The translations under genes and the position numbers were made by a program. This document shows positions 1-10,790 of a stretch of DNA of 64,000 nucleotides, piece by piece. The number at the start of each line of letters is the position of its first letter. The first letter of the stretch is position 1. The stretch is from Gemmatimonadota bacterium. Lineage in GTDB: Bacteria > Latescibacterota > UBA2968 > UBA8231. A model generated the notes under the pieces. The model was not told the origin of the DNA, did no database searches, and saw only the letters and a list, made by a program, of their open reading frames with translations. The DNA lies in the NCBI GenBank assembly GCA_038128265.1, contig JAYPJE010000015.1, positions 17,255-81,254 of the forward strand. The letters are read 5' to 3'.

Positions 1-157
1 GCAGGCGCGGCAGGTCGTCCTTGTTCATGCCCTCGTAGCCAAGCGAGTGGTTTACGGCGCGCAGAGCGTCGTCGATCATGACCTGCGGCACCGCGCCGCG
101 CAGGACGGTATAGCCTAGCTCGCGGAACGCGCGCTTTTGCTGTTGGGTAAGCTGCAT
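1..157 (-). CDS. Phytanoyl-CoA dioxygenase (PhyH)-family protein, N-terminal part (runs off window start)
   Basis: Manual translation from ATG at 157: MQLTQQQKRAFRELGYTVLRGAVPQVMIDDALRAVN, a typical PhyH N-terminus; AGGAG upstream. Confidence 0.7.
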   Translation of the reverse strand, partial: MQLTQQQKRAFRELGYTVLRGAVPQVMIDDALRAVNHSLGYEGMNKDDLPRL

Positions 158-274
158 GGCACATGTGCTCCTATTGATATCCGCCTTCGAAAGTGACCAA
201 CGCGCTAGCAAAATAATAGCGATGGTGAATGCCGGCAATTATCTTAGTCCTCCTTCCCTAAGCGAGGAGATACC

Positions 275-1531
275 GTGTCGGATTCTGTGCCGCCATCGTC
301 GGGCGGCTACTGGGTGTTGGTGCGCGATAACGCCAATTTTCGCTACCTGTGGGCCGGTCAAATAATTAGCCTGCTCGGCGATTGGTTTAACCTGATTGCC
401 TCGGCGGCGCTGGTCGCCGAGTTGACCAACTCCGGGCTGGCAGTGGGCAGTCTGTTTGTCGTGCGTATGCTGGCGCCGGTGCTGATCAGCCCGCTGGCTG
501 GCGTAGCGGCCGATCGCTACAATCGCAAATACATTCTCATTGCTGCCGACATAGGCCGTTTTTTTACCGCCGCGGCGTTTTTACTCGTGCGTTCGCCCGA
601 ACACGTCTGGCTACTCTACCTGCTCTCTTTTGTGCAGTTGGGCATCGGCGGCTTTTTCTTTCCCGCGCGTTCGGCGATTTTACCCGATATTGTCAGCGAG
701 CGATCATTGGGCGCAGCCAACGCGCTGACGTCGGCGACGTGGTCGATCATGCTCGCGCTCGGCGCGGCGCTGGGCGGGTTGGTATCGGGCACGTGGGGTA
801 TATACCCGGCCTTTGCCATTGATGCGCTGTCGTTTGTCGTTTCGGCCCTAGTGCTATGCGGCATTCGCCTTCCATCGCAGCCTACGCTAGCCGGCGACAA
901 GTCGCTGGGGGCTGTGCTCCGGCAGTATGTCGATGGACTGCGCTACCTGCGTGAACACGGCGAGATCGCCCTAACTACGCTGCACAAAGCGGCGCTGGTC
1001 TTTTGCTTTGGCGCGCCGTTGGATGTGATCAACGTGGCTATCTCGCGCGAAGTTTTCACCGTGGGGCACGGAGGGGCGCTGGGGTTGGGTTTGATGTATG
1101 CCGCTGCGGGCATCGGCACGGGCCTGGGACCGATTGCCGGGCGCTACGTTACGGGAGACCGCCTACCCGCGCTGCGCTGGAGCATTGCGCTGGGCTATGT
1201 CCTGGCGGTGGTCGGCCTGCTGATCATAGCAACGCTGCACAGCTTGGGCATCGTGCTGCTGGGCATTTTGGTGCGGGCCTGCGGCAGCGGCATTCTCTGG
1301 GTCTTTTCCACGCAGATTCTTCTGCAGACCGTGTCGCCGCACGTGCGGGGTCGCGTTTTTTCTACGGAAATCGCCTTCAGTATGCTGATGAGTGCGGCTG
1401 GTGCCAGTGCAGGAGGATATTACCTGGAGTGGCTCGGCATTGCCGGTGCGGTGCACGCGACGGCTTTTCTGACGCTGATTCCCTGTGCGCTATGGGTGGG
1501 TTGGCTGGTGGCACGGCGCGCGCGCGACTAG
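275..1531 (+). CDS. MFS transporter
   Basis: 418 aa, about 12 hydrophobic segments, motif A GVAADRYNRK; GTG start with GAGGAG RBS. Confidence 0.92.
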   Translation: MSDSVPPSSGGYWVLVRDNANFRYLWAGQIISLLGDWFNLIASAALVAELTNSGLAVGSLFVVRMLAPVLISPLAGVAADRYNRKYILIAADIGRFFTAAAFLLVRSPEHVWLLYLLSFVQLGIGGFFFPARSAILPDIVSERSLGAANALTSATWSIMLALGAALGGLVSGTWGIYPAFAIDALSFVVSALVLCGIRLPSQPTLAGDKSLGAVLRQYVDGLRYLREHGEIALTTLHKAALVFCFGAPLDVINVAISREVFTVGHGGALGLGLMYAAAGIGTGLGPIAGRYVTGDRLPALRWSIALGYVLAVVGLLIIATLHSLGIVLLGILVRACGSGILWVFSTQILLQTVSPHVRGRVFSTEIAFSMLMSAAGASAGGYYLEWLGIAGAVHATAFLTLIPCALWVGWLVARRARD

Positions 1532-2307
1532 GTCGAGGCCGCTGCGAGGGCGCTCTTCCAGGCGCGTGCCAGCACCGAGTAGTCGTGTCCAATCTCAATC
1601 ATGTTGTAGCCCAGCGCCGCATACTGTTTGGTCTCTTCTCCCCAGGGTGGGGCAACGCCGATCATTAGGTGCACGCCCCGTGCCGTGGCGGCCTCGGCAG
1701 TGCGTGCAATGGCTTGCTGCACCTGCGGATGGCCCTTGTCTGGGCCGGGTAGGCCGATGGCGACGGAGTAGTCGGCCGGGCCAAAGAGCAGAAAATCGAG
1801 TCCTTCTACCGCGCATATCGCTTCGATATTTTCTACTGCTTCGGGTTTCTCTACCATGGCGCCGACCAGGGTCTCGGCGTTGCTCCAGGCGATCCACTCG
1901 GCGGCATTGGCCGTGCCGTACCCGCCTGAAAAGCACAGCGTGCTAAATCCGCGCTCGCCCAGCGGTGGGAACTTGGCGGCGCGCACGGCTGCGGCGACTT
2001 CGCGCGCTTCTTTTACCTCGGGAATAATCAGGCCCAGGGCACCCACTTCGAGCGCCTTGCGCGCTAGGGAGGGTTCGTCCTTGTCGATGCGCACGATGGG
2101 CGCGCAGCCGCTGAGCAGGGCGGCGCGCACGACGTGCTCAAGGCTCTCGTCCTGGCGCCAGGCGTGCTCGTTGTCGATGCGCACAAAGTCAAAACCGCAG
2201 GTGCCGGCCAGGCCCGCCATATGCGGACTAAACGAGCAGATGCAGGTGCCGTAGACCGCTTCGCCGCGCGCCAGTTTTTCTCTGAGGGGATTGGGCTGGT
2301 AATTCAT
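1528..2307 (-). CDS. HpcH/HpaI aldolase/citrate lyase family protein
   Basis: GFDFVRIDNEH, AAKFPPLGERG, MVE...AVENIEAI..VEGLDFLLFGPADYS motifs. Confidence 0.92.
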   Translation of the reverse strand: MNYQPNPLREKLARGEAVYGTCICSFSPHMAGLAGTCGFDFVRIDNEHAWRQDESLEHVVRAALLSGCAPIVRIDKDEPSLARKALEVGALGLIIPEVKEAREVAAAVRAAKFPPLGERGFSTLCFSGGYGTANAAEWIAWSNAETLVGAMVEKPEAVENIEAICAVEGLDFLLFGPADYSVAIGLPGPDKGHPQVQQAIARTAEAATARGVHLMIGVAPPWGEETKQYAALGYNMIEIGHDYSVLARAWKSALAAAST

Positions 2308-2374
2308 GGTCTATTTCTCGCCATTGGTTGAATTGCAGGGGGTAATATAGGGTAGCAAGCGAGCGTGCGCTCTG

Positions 2375-3622
2375 TCACGCGCGCTCGCCTTCTCTGCTGA
2401 TCGGGTGCAGTCCGAAATAGGCGGCCATAATAATGCCGCTGGCCATGCGTGCAGCGCCGGCCAGCCCGAAGGCGGCCCAATAGCCGTAGTCGATGATGAG
2501 CAGTCCTCCAAGAACGCTGCCAACAAAGTTGCACAGCTGGAAGCCGCAGACGCGGAAGCCCTGGATGCGCGCCCAGTAGCGCCGCGCTAAGACCTGGGTG
2601 GAAAAGTGCTGGTCGGCCGGATTGTCGACGACTTCGGCCGCGCGCGAAACGAGGAAGCTGAATACGGCGACCGGTAGGTTGACGATGCTGCCCATAGCCG
2701 CCAGTGCGATACCGCCAGCCGTGCGCGCCGGCAGAATGGTCAGCGTTGGACCGAAGCGGCGCACGAGCGAGGGCGCGCTAAACGTAGCCGGGAGTCCGGC
2801 CAGTTGGCTGAGGAAAAATATAGCGCCGATAGCGGCCGCTTCAACGTCGAGCTCCTCTTCAAAAAAAACGTTGAAAAACGGGTAGGTCAGCCCAAGGGCA
2901 AAGCCGCGCGTGCCGCTGAGTGCGGCGATTATGGCAAATAGGTGCCACGGGCCGCCGTTTGCGCTGTCCGTTGAGGGTGCGGTATCCGGTTGTTGGTGAC
3001 CGGCCTGTGCGGGCATGCGCAGCAGCGGCAGCGCCGAGATCAGCGAGCAGAGAGCGCCCAGCAGGAGGGCGTAGCGAAAGGGGTCCGGTAGATCGGTCGA
3101 GACATCGAGCAGATAGCCCATGGCGCCAGGGGTAAAGCCGCCGACCAGGCTCCACACCATGCGGACCACTACCTGCAGTGCCGACCACAGCGCTAGGGCT
3201 TCGGCGCGGCGCGTGGGGTGGGCATTGTCGGACAGAAAGGGAACGTGATTAACCCAGATGCAGCCGGTGGCGATGCCTCCTAGGAAAGAGAAGACCAGCA
3301 GCGGCAGCGCTGCGCTCGACAGGCACATACCCACCTGCGATACGGCCAGCAAGAGGCTCGATATCATCAGAAACGGCCGGCGGCCAAAGCGGTCGCTGAG
3401 CATGCCGATGGGCAGGGCGAATAGGCCCGTGGCCAGCGGTGCCATGCCGGCGACTTGTCCTATGAAATCTTCCTGGTAACTCAGGCGCAGCAGGTATAGG
3501 TTGTAGAGCAGCGTAAAGAGGGCCATTCCGGCATTGATGGCGATGCCGTAGGCAAAGAACAGGCGCACGTTGCGATTGAACTCGCGCAGGTGGAAGGCGC
3601 GTAGAAACGATGCTATGGGCAT
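2375..3622 (-). CDS. MFS transporter
   Basis: 415 aa hydrophobic protein, motif A GMLSDRFGRR. Confidence 0.9.
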   Translation of the reverse strand: MPIASFLRAFHLREFNRNVRLFFAYGIAINAGMALFTLLYNLYLLRLSYQEDFIGQVAGMAPLATGLFALPIGMLSDRFGRRPFLMISSLLLAVSQVGMCLSSAALPLLVFSFLGGIATGCIWVNHVPFLSDNAHPTRRAEALALWSALQVVVRMVWSLVGGFTPGAMGYLLDVSTDLPDPFRYALLLGALCSLISALPLLRMPAQAGHQQPDTAPSTDSANGGPWHLFAIIAALSGTRGFALGLTYPFFNVFFEEELDVEAAAIGAIFFLSQLAGLPATFSAPSLVRRFGPTLTILPARTAGGIALAAMGSIVNLPVAVFSFLVSRAAEVVDNPADQHFSTQVLARRYWARIQGFRVCGFQLCNFVGSVLGGLLIIDYGYWAAFGLAGAARMASGIIMAAYFGLHPISREGERA

Positions 3623-3657
3623 GTGCGCGGGCTTGAGGGTAAGTGTGGAGCGGGCAT

Positions 3658-4716
3658 TTAAAAGCCCAGATTAGGGCCGCCCTGTCGGGGGCATAGCAGG
3701 CAGCGTGCGCGCGTGCTAAAGCCGGCGGCGGGCATCCAAGTCGGCGTCATATCGCGGCCGGGCGAAGGATAGATGGCCCGGCGCTGGCTGCCGTCGGCGC
3801 GCATAATCCATATGTCGGTTTGGCCGAACGCATCGGATGCATAGGCAATGTGGCTGCCGTCGGGAGAGAAGCTAGGTGCGGTGTCTCTGCTGGGTGAGCG
3901 CGTTAGGTTGATGGGATCGGTTCCATCTGAACGCATGATCCAGATATCGGAAGGCCCGCTTCGATTGGAGGCAAAGGCGATATAGCTGCCATCGGGCGAC
4001 CAGGCGGGCTCGGTGTCAAAAGACGGGCTGTTGGTCAGGCGCGTGAGGCGCTGGCCGTCGGCGTCGACGATAAATAGTTGGTGGTCAAAGTTGGGCGCGC
4101 GCCCCGGCTGCACAGTGGCCGCTTCTATGGCGGCTAGCTCGGCGCTGTCGATGCCGGCTGGCGCATAGGCGGCGCGGGCCGAAGCAAAAGCGATGCGTCG
4201 ACTATCGGGCGACCAGGCTGGGTAGCCGTCAAATGCAGGGTGGTTGGTCAGGCGAACGGTATTCCGTCCGTCGGCATCCATCGCGTAAACCTCCCAATTG
4301 AGATCGCGCAGGGAGGCAAAGGCAATCTTGCTGCCATCGGGCGACCAGTCGGGGTGATAGTCGCCAATGGGAAATTGACTCAGATTGGATGCGTTGGTGT
4401 CGGCTAGGTCGAGGGTAAAGATTTCGTTGTTAAAAGGAACGCGCCCGGAGGCAAAGGCGATTTGCTGCCCGTCGGGCGAAAAGGAGGGATGTTGGTCGTC
4501 GCCGCTGCTGTGCGTGAGGCGCGTTGTCTGGCGACCATCGGCGTAGACCAGGTAGATCTCAAAGTCGCCGTCGCGATCGGTGGCAAAGGCGATCATATCC
4601 GCGCTTGTCGAGTCGCCGGCGAAGGGATCGGTGCCCTGTTCGATCAGCGCGCAGCCAGCCAATAGGGCTACCTGCAGGGCGAGGAATGATGCAAGCGGCC
4701 CGTGCCTACAGACCAA
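3658..4716 (-). CDS. TolB-like (PD40 repeat) beta-propeller lipoprotein
   Basis: Five (W/F)SPD(G/S)xxIA(F/Y) repeats; lipobox LLAGC; start codon uncertain (TTG overlapping the sulfatase end). Confidence 0.85.
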   Translation of the reverse strand: MVCRHGPLASFLALQVALLAGCALIEQGTDPFAGDSTSADMIAFATDRDGDFEIYLVYADGRQTTRLTHSSGDDQHPSFSPDGQQIAFASGRVPFNNEIFTLDLADTNASNLSQFPIGDYHPDWSPDGSKIAFASLRDLNWEVYAMDADGRNTVRLTNHPAFDGYPAWSPDSRRIAFASARAAYAPAGIDSAELAAIEAATVQPGRAPNFDHQLFIVDADGQRLTRLTNSPSFDTEPAWSPDGSYIAFASNRSGPSDIWIMRSDGTDPINLTRSPSRDTAPSFSPDGSHIAYASDAFGQTDIWIMRADGSQRRAIYPSPGRDMTPTWMPAAGFSTRARCLLCPRQGGPNLGF

Positions 4717-6079
4717 AATGCCCCATCCACCAGCTCAGGTAGTCTTCGTCTGTTAGGCCCGGGTCCAGGCCGCGTGCGCGCATGCGCTCGGCGAAGTTGC
4801 GTTCCATCTGCACGTCCTCTTGCGCTTGGATGTGTGGATCTTCGTCGAGCAGGCCGAGGTCGTTGCTCTGCAGCAGCCAGGCGTCGAGCCGGTCGGCGTG
4901 CTCGGCTAGCGCGTCCGCGTGCTGTGGATCGCCGGCCACATTGCAGACTTCGTGTGGGTCGGCGCTCAGGTCGTAGAGCTCTTCGGCCGGTCGTTCAGAG
5001 GCCATAAAAGGCCGTTGGATTTCGTCGAGCTGGCCGCGCTCGTGCAGCACGTGCATCAGCGTCCACACCGGGTACTGGTGCTTTTTGTAGGCGTTGAACT
5101 GCATATAGGGACGCTCGGGCTGCAGGTTGCGGATATACTTATAGCGCGGCGTGCGCGCACAGCGGATGCGGTCGTCGGTACCGTCGCAGCGGTCGCGTGC
5201 GGCGAAAATGGCCGTACGCTCTTCGCTGGAGAAAAACGACTGGCCGTCCATATAGCTTGGTTTGGGGATATTGCTCAGGTGCAGTGCGCTGGCAGCAAAG
5301 TCGACGCCCGAGACTAAGCGGTCGTGCACGCAGTTGGCGTCGATGTGGCCCGGCCAGCGCACAATGCACGGCACGCGCAGCCCGCCGTCATAGAGAAACT
5401 GCTTGTCGCGCACGTGTGCGCGGCCGTGATCGCCGATGAAAAATACAATGGTGTTGCGCGCTAGGTCTTCGTCCTCAAGGCGCTGCATAACGGCGCCGAT
5501 TTTTCGATCGAGCACCTGAATGCTCTCGAGGTAGTGGGCCCAGTCGGCGCGCGCCAGCGGGTGGTCGGGATAGTACGGTGGCAGTTCGACGTCGGCTGGA
5601 TTGATCGGGCGCTGGTCGTCGCGGACAAAGTCGCGATGCGTATCGGTGATGTTCATCTGGGCATAGAATGGCTGCCCCGGCGCGCGCTGCGACCAATCGG
5701 TGCCGTCAAAGGGCTTATCGATTGCAAAGTTAAAATCGGTTTTGCCGACCTTGTCGTAGGCGCCGGGGCCCGGACTGTTGCAGGTAAAGTAGCCGGCGCT
5801 GCGAAAGCAGTCAGTAATTAGGGGAATATCTTCGGGCAGCGGCGCATCGCGCCGCGAGCGGTGATGGTGTGCGCCGATGCGCGTTTGGTAGCAGCCGGTG
5901 ATAATGGCCGAACGCGAGGGCGAACAGACGGGGCAGGTGACAAACGCATTCCTAAAGGTCGTGCCCTCGGCGGCCAGCTGGTCTATGTGCGGCGTCCGCA
6001 CGGCAGGAGTGCCATAGCACGCCAGATCGGGATAGAGGTCCTCGCCGTAAATCCACAATACGTTGGGTTGGGCTGTCAT
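4706..6079 (-). CDS. Formylglycine-dependent sulfatase (sulfamidase-like)
   Basis: PNVLWIYGED, CSPSRSAIITG (CxPxR), GDHG, EELYDLSADPHE. Confidence 0.95.
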   Translation of the reverse strand: MTAQPNVLWIYGEDLYPDLACYGTPAVRTPHIDQLAAEGTTFRNAFVTCPVCSPSRSAIITGCYQTRIGAHHHRSRRDAPLPEDIPLITDCFRSAGYFTCNSPGPGAYDKVGKTDFNFAIDKPFDGTDWSQRAPGQPFYAQMNITDTHRDFVRDDQRPINPADVELPPYYPDHPLARADWAHYLESIQVLDRKIGAVMQRLEDEDLARNTIVFFIGDHGRAHVRDKQFLYDGGLRVPCIVRWPGHIDANCVHDRLVSGVDFAASALHLSNIPKPSYMDGQSFFSSEERTAIFAARDRCDGTDDRIRCARTPRYKYIRNLQPERPYMQFNAYKKHQYPVWTLMHVLHERGQLDEIQRPFMASERPAEELYDLSADPHEVCNVAGDPQHADALAEHADRLDAWLLQSNDLGLLDEDPHIQAQEDVQMERNFAERMRARGLDPGLTDEDYLSWWMGHFGL

Positions 6080-6200
6080 AAGATGCGGTCGTTAGCTCCA
6101 GGGCTTCGAATGGGCAGGGGAGAGAGGGCTAAAATATACTGTGCAAGCGGTGGCTGTTTCAAATGGTGCGTCGCATGGGCGCTGGTAGTGTAAAAACCGG

Positions 6201-6995
6201 TTATGCGGCGGCATTTGCCAGCAGGTCCAGCAGCGCTTCGTGTAGGGAGCCGTTGCTGGCCAGCAGCCCCTGTGCACCATCAAACAAGTTCAGCGTGCGT
6301 CCGTCTGCCCGGCTGACGCGCCCGCCCGCCTCTTCGACGATGAGCGCGGCGGCGGCGATATCCCAGGGCTCGAGGCCGGCATCAAAGTGCGCTTCGGCAC
6401 GTCCGGCTGCCACGGCGCACAGCCCTGCGACGGCGCAGCCGGGGGCTCGCACCTGGCCGGCGGTGCGCGCTAGCGCGTCGTTGAGCCCCATGCACAGGTC
6501 GCGCTTGCTCGGTTTGGAAAAGTCGATGCCGACGAGGGCCTGCCCCAGTATATGCTGCCCAGAAACCTCCAGTGCCAGGCCGTTGCAGGTGGCGCCTGCG
6601 CCGCGCTGAGCCAAGTAGAGCTGGTCTAGGCCGGGAAGGGCGACGCCGCCCGCCAGCGGAACACCCCCCTCTGCGCAGGCCAGCGAAATGCCGAAGATGG
6701 GAAAGGCATCGCGCGCAAAGTTGTAGGTACCGTCGATGGGGTCGATAATCCAACAGCGCGCGTCGGCTTCGGGTCTGGCAGCGTGTAACCCCTGTTCTTC
6801 GGCGACGATGGCCTCACCTGGGAAGTGCTCTGCAAGGCGGCTGACCAGCAGCTGCTGTACCTCGAGGTCGGCGCCGGTGAGAATGTCGGCCGCTTCTTTC
6901 TCTCTGTAGCGTAGAGCGTGGCGGTCTGCATACGACGTCTGCACCAGCGTTGCGGCGTCTCCCAGCACGCGTTGTATAAAAGCCAATTCACCCAT
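6201..6995 (-). CDS. Inositol monophosphatase family protein (SuhB-like)
   Basis: WIIDPIDGTYNF and WDIAAAALIVEEAGG signatures. Confidence 0.93.
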   Translation of the reverse strand: MGELAFIQRVLGDAATLVQTSYADRHALRYREKEAADILTGADLEVQQLLVSRLAEHFPGEAIVAEEQGLHAARPEADARCWIIDPIDGTYNFARDAFPIFGISLACAEGGVPLAGGVALPGLDQLYLAQRGAGATCNGLALEVSGQHILGQALVGIDFSKPSKRDLCMGLNDALARTAGQVRAPGCAVAGLCAVAAGRAEAHFDAGLEPWDIAAAALIVEEAGGRVSRADGRTLNLFDGAQGLLASNGSLHEALLDLLANAAA

Positions 6996-7733
6996 TCAGC
7001 GCGCTTCGTAGGCTTCGGCGCGGGTATGGGCGCGGCGTCCAGGGCACAGCGCCTGCATGGCCGATGGCATGCGCGCGTAGGTTTCGGGGTGCACGGGCTG
7101 GTGTCCATTTTCTACCCAATTGTTGAACCAGCGCGGGTAGTAGGCGATATTGAGGCCCATGCGCACGTCCGTCGAGGTGTTGGCGCGTGCCTGGTGCCAC
7201 AGGCCGCCGTGCCACAGTAGAACGGAGCCAGCCGGTGCTTCAACTGGGATAATCCGCGCCGGATTGAGGTCGCTGGGGGGCGCTTTTTGACGCGTGGTAT
7301 GGCTCATCGGCACTACGCCGGTCGCGCCGTTTTGCGCGGTAAAATCGCTCAGTGCCCAAATGCTGTTGATCATCCACGGCACGTCGGGGACCTGAAGAAA
7401 CGACCCGGTCGAATCGGCGTGCAGCGCCTGAGCCGGTGCGCCGGGCCAGGTCGGCTTGGAACAGGCTTCGACGACGCGGCAGTTGGGGCCGAGAAAGTGG
7501 CGAGCGATCTCTACGACCTGCGGATGGCTCGCACAGCCCCAGACGCGCTCGTCCAGGTTGAGCATGCCAAAGAGCGTTTGGTAGTGCTCGTCGCCGACGA
7601 TATGGGCGGCGTGGGACGGATCGGCGTGCAGTTCGAGACAGCGCTCGCCAAGGGCTAGGGCTTCGGTGCGCGGTATGGCGTTTTCCAGCAGGCAGTAGCC
7701 AAAGCACTCGAGGTGGCGAATGGCATCGTTCAT
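6996..7733 (-). CDS. Phytanoyl-CoA dioxygenase (PhyH) family protein
   Basis: QALHAD (HxD), DFTAQNGATGVVPMSH, LWHQARAN. Confidence 0.9.
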   Translation of the reverse strand: MNDAIRHLECFGYCLLENAIPRTEALALGERCLELHADPSHAAHIVGDEHYQTLFGMLNLDERVWGCASHPQVVEIARHFLGPNCRVVEACSKPTWPGAPAQALHADSTGSFLQVPDVPWMINSIWALSDFTAQNGATGVVPMSHTTRQKAPPSDLNPARIIPVEAPAGSVLLWHGGLWHQARANTSTDVRMGLNIAYYPRWFNNWVENGHQPVHPETYARMPSAMQALCPGRRAHTRAEAYEAR

Positions 7734-7877
7734 GGTTTAGTTCTCTCGCAGTTTGGCCGGTCAATGTACGAAAGGATTGGCCTCTTGAAAAAGGGACGTG
7801 CAGGCCAAAAGGTGCTGCAGCGTTGTTGGGTCAAGTTATAGATGTATTCCACGGGAAAGCAAGCGAGGAAAAAGAAA

Positions 7878-9524
7878 ATGGCCGCTGGTGTATTGGAAAC
7901 GAGATTGCTGAGTTCGCTGAGCAAAGTATTTGCCGACCAGGAGTTGGGTGATGGCGCGTTTAGGCGCGCCTCGTGCCTGCGCGGCGAGGTGTTTTCGTTT
8001 CAGTTGGCCTATCGCGCGCAGGGATTGCTCAAGGGCATCGAAGTCAAAGTTGACTCGCCGCTCGAGCGCTACATCAGCGTGCGCGAGGTGGGCCTGGCGC
8101 CGTGCGAATTTCCGGGAGCGCGCTTTGACGACAACGTGCTGCGCACGACGCCGGGTCTCTATCCGGATCCGCTCTATGACCTTGCGCGCGGCGCCGATGC
8201 ACCGCCAAATCAGTGGCGCGCTCTATGGGTTCAGGTGCGCGTGCCCGGTCGTCGCATCTGCGGTCGGCACGAGATTGTCTTGCGCCTAGTGCACGGCGGC
8301 AACGAGATCGCTCGCGAGACCTTTGTTCTGGACGTTGTGGCGCAGGCGCTGCCGGCACAAAAGCTGGTCCATACCAGCTGGTTCCATGCCGACTGTATCG
8401 CGACCCACTACGGCGACCCGGTGTGGAGCCCCGCACACTGGCGGCGCGTAGAGCAGTTTATGCGCAGCGCCGTCGACCACGGCGTTAACCTGCTGCTCAC
8501 GCCGCTTTTTACTCCGCCGCTCGATACGCAGGTCGGCGGCGAGCGGCCGACAGTGCAGCTGATTGGCGTCGAGAAACGGGGTGCATCGTATCGCTTTGAC
8601 TTTCGCCGCCTGCGGCGCTGGGTGCAACTAGCCGATCGCTGTGGTGTGCGCTACTTTGAGATGGCCCATTTCTTCACCCAGTGGGGAGCGGCGCACTGTC
8701 CCAAGATCGTTGCCACCGTCGCCGGCAGAGAGCGCAAGATCTTTGGTTGGAAAGACAGCGCTTCGGGTGCGTCCTATCGCGCGTTTCTCGACCAGTTTCT
8801 GCCGCAGCTAGTGCGCTTTATTCGGGCCAATGGCCTCGAGCGCCGCGTGTATTTTCACGTCTCCGACGAGCCGCACAGAGACCATTTGGAGGCCTTTGCC
8901 AAAGCGGCCGCCATTGTCCATTCGCACCTGCGTGGATTCCCTTTTATCGATGCGCTGTCCAATATTGAGTACTACGAGCGCGGCTTGGTGCGCCATCCCA
9001 TTCCGGCGAGCAATCACATCGAACCCTTTGTAGAGAAGGGCATAAAAAATCTGTGGACCTATTATTGCGTATCGCAGTGGGATCGCGTGTCCAATCGATT
9101 TTTCTATATGCCGTCGGCGCGCAACCGCATTCTCGGCGCCCAGCTCTACAAATACGATCTGGCCGGTTTCCTGCAGTGGGGGTTTAATTTTTACTACGCT
9201 CAGTATTCGACGCGATCCGTCAATCCGTTTTTAGAGACCGATGCCGGCCGCGCCTTTCCTTCGGGCGACGCGTTTCTCGTCTATCCGGGAGTCGAAGGTC
9301 CGATCGATTCAATTCGCGGTCAGGTATTTCGCGAGGCGCTGCAGGATCAGCGCGCGCTCCAGCTGTTGGAGAAGCTGCAGGGGCGCGCCAAAACGGTAGA
9401 GCTGCTGCAGCAGGGAGCCTCCAAGCCGATTACGATGAAGGAGTATCCGCGTTCGACGGAATGGCTGTTGGCTATGCGCGAGCGCGTCAATCGGCGCATT
9501 GCCGCGCTGCTGCAAGCCAAATAA
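7878..9524 (+). CDS. DUF4091 / GH123-like glycoside hydrolase
   Basis: FHVSDEP, WTYYC, GFLQWGFN, FPSGDAFLVYPG...SIR...REALQD C-terminal signature; start placed at ATG 7878. Confidence 0.8.
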   Translation: MAAGVLETRLLSSLSKVFADQELGDGAFRRASCLRGEVFSFQLAYRAQGLLKGIEVKVDSPLERYISVREVGLAPCEFPGARFDDNVLRTTPGLYPDPLYDLARGADAPPNQWRALWVQVRVPGRRICGRHEIVLRLVHGGNEIARETFVLDVVAQALPAQKLVHTSWFHADCIATHYGDPVWSPAHWRRVEQFMRSAVDHGVNLLLTPLFTPPLDTQVGGERPTVQLIGVEKRGASYRFDFRRLRRWVQLADRCGVRYFEMAHFFTQWGAAHCPKIVATVAGRERKIFGWKDSASGASYRAFLDQFLPQLVRFIRANGLERRVYFHVSDEPHRDHLEAFAKAAAIVHSHLRGFPFIDALSNIEYYERGLVRHPIPASNHIEPFVEKGIKNLWTYYCVSQWDRVSNRFFYMPSARNRILGAQLYKYDLAGFLQWGFNFYYAQYSTRSVNPFLETDAGRAFPSGDAFLVYPGVEGPIDSIRGQVFREALQDQRALQLLEKLQGRAKTVELLQQGASKPITMKEYPRSTEWLLAMRERVNRRIAALLQAK

Positions 9525-9551
9525 TGGGGTGCACACGACGGGAGAAATGCC

Positions 9552-10760
9552 GTGCCAACACAGATACTGGCCGAGGTGCCGCTGCTCGGCGGGACGCATG
9601 AGATCACTATAGAGGGCACGCACATTGCCTCGCTGCGGCCCTCGTCGGCATCAACGGACCTGTGCGTCGGCCCGGCGCTTTTCGACATACAGGTCAACGG
9701 GTACGGTGGTCGCACCTGCCGCATTGCTTCGCAGGAGAAAGAAGATGCGCTGACTTATATTGCGCGGCTGCTGCGCGAGCGCGGCGTTGGCTGGTGGTTG
9801 CCGACGATTACAACGGCTAGCGCAGAGGATTTGCTGACGGCCTTTACCTGCTGCGGTCGCGCCTTAGACGCCGATGCCGATTTGGCGGCCTCTATTCCCG
9901 GGCTGCACCTGGAAGGACCCTACATATCGAACGTGGATGGTCCGCGCGGTGCGCACGGATTAGAGCACGTGCGTCTACCGGATTGGGACGAGGTGCAGCG
10001 GCTGGACGAGGCGTGCGGTGGGCGTATTCGCCTAGTGACGCTAGCGCCAGAAGTCGAAGGGGCCGTGCCCTTTATTAAGCAGTGCGTTGCCGCGGGTATG
10101 GTCGTGGCGATGGGCCATACGGATTTAGACCGCGAGTCGCTGGCGCGCGCAGTGGATGCCGGCGCAACGCTGTCGACGCATTTGGGCAACGGCGCTCACG
10201 ACCAGCTGCAGCGGCACAACAACTATTTGTGGTATCAGCTAGCCGAGGAGCGCGTATACGCGTCGTTTATTGCCGACGGACAGCACCTGCCGCGCGAATG
10301 CCTGTACTCCATGCTGCGCGCCAAGGGGTTTGCGCGCTCAATTCTCATCTCCGACTCAGTGCTTCTGGGTGGGATGAAGCCGGGAATTTACGGCGTGCGC
10401 GGACGCGATATTGAAATGCTGGAATCGGGGCGCATCGTCGTGCCCGGCACGCCAAATCTGGCCGGCAGCGGCAGCAATCTAAAAGAGTGCGTAGAATGGG
10501 CGACGCGCTCGGGGAATGTGGCGCACGGAGAGGCCTGGGCTATGGCCAGCACGAATCCTGCGCGCCTGCTGAGCTTGGACGACCGGCTGGGAATCGGTGA
10601 GGGCTGTGAAGCGACGCTGGCGGTCTACGAAAAGTCGGCTGACGGCGCGTCGATCGACGTGCGTCAGACTTGGGTTGCCGGTCGCTTGGTATTCGATGCC
10701 GCGCGCGACGCGCTGACGTCGATGCCGGAGGTGCCGCCCGACGCGGCTGCGCCCATTTGA
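9552..10760 (+). CDS. nagA: N-acetylglucosamine-6-phosphate deacetylase family amidohydrolase
   Basis: DIQVNGYGG, GLHLEGPYIS, RGAH, VTLAPE, GHT, THLGN, IADGQH, LAGS. Confidence 0.85.
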   Translation: MPTQILAEVPLLGGTHEITIEGTHIASLRPSSASTDLCVGPALFDIQVNGYGGRTCRIASQEKEDALTYIARLLRERGVGWWLPTITTASAEDLLTAFTCCGRALDADADLAASIPGLHLEGPYISNVDGPRGAHGLEHVRLPDWDEVQRLDEACGGRIRLVTLAPEVEGAVPFIKQCVAAGMVVAMGHTDLDRESLARAVDAGATLSTHLGNGAHDQLQRHNNYLWYQLAEERVYASFIADGQHLPRECLYSMLRAKGFARSILISDSVLLGGMKPGIYGVRGRDIEMLESGRIVVPGTPNLAGSGSNLKECVEWATRSGNVAHGEAWAMASTNPARLLSLDDRLGIGEGCEATLAVYEKSADGASIDVRQTWVAGRLVFDAARDALTSMPEVPPDAAAPI

Positions 10761-10790
10761 GCAATGAACCACCACTCGAAAGAGCGAGCA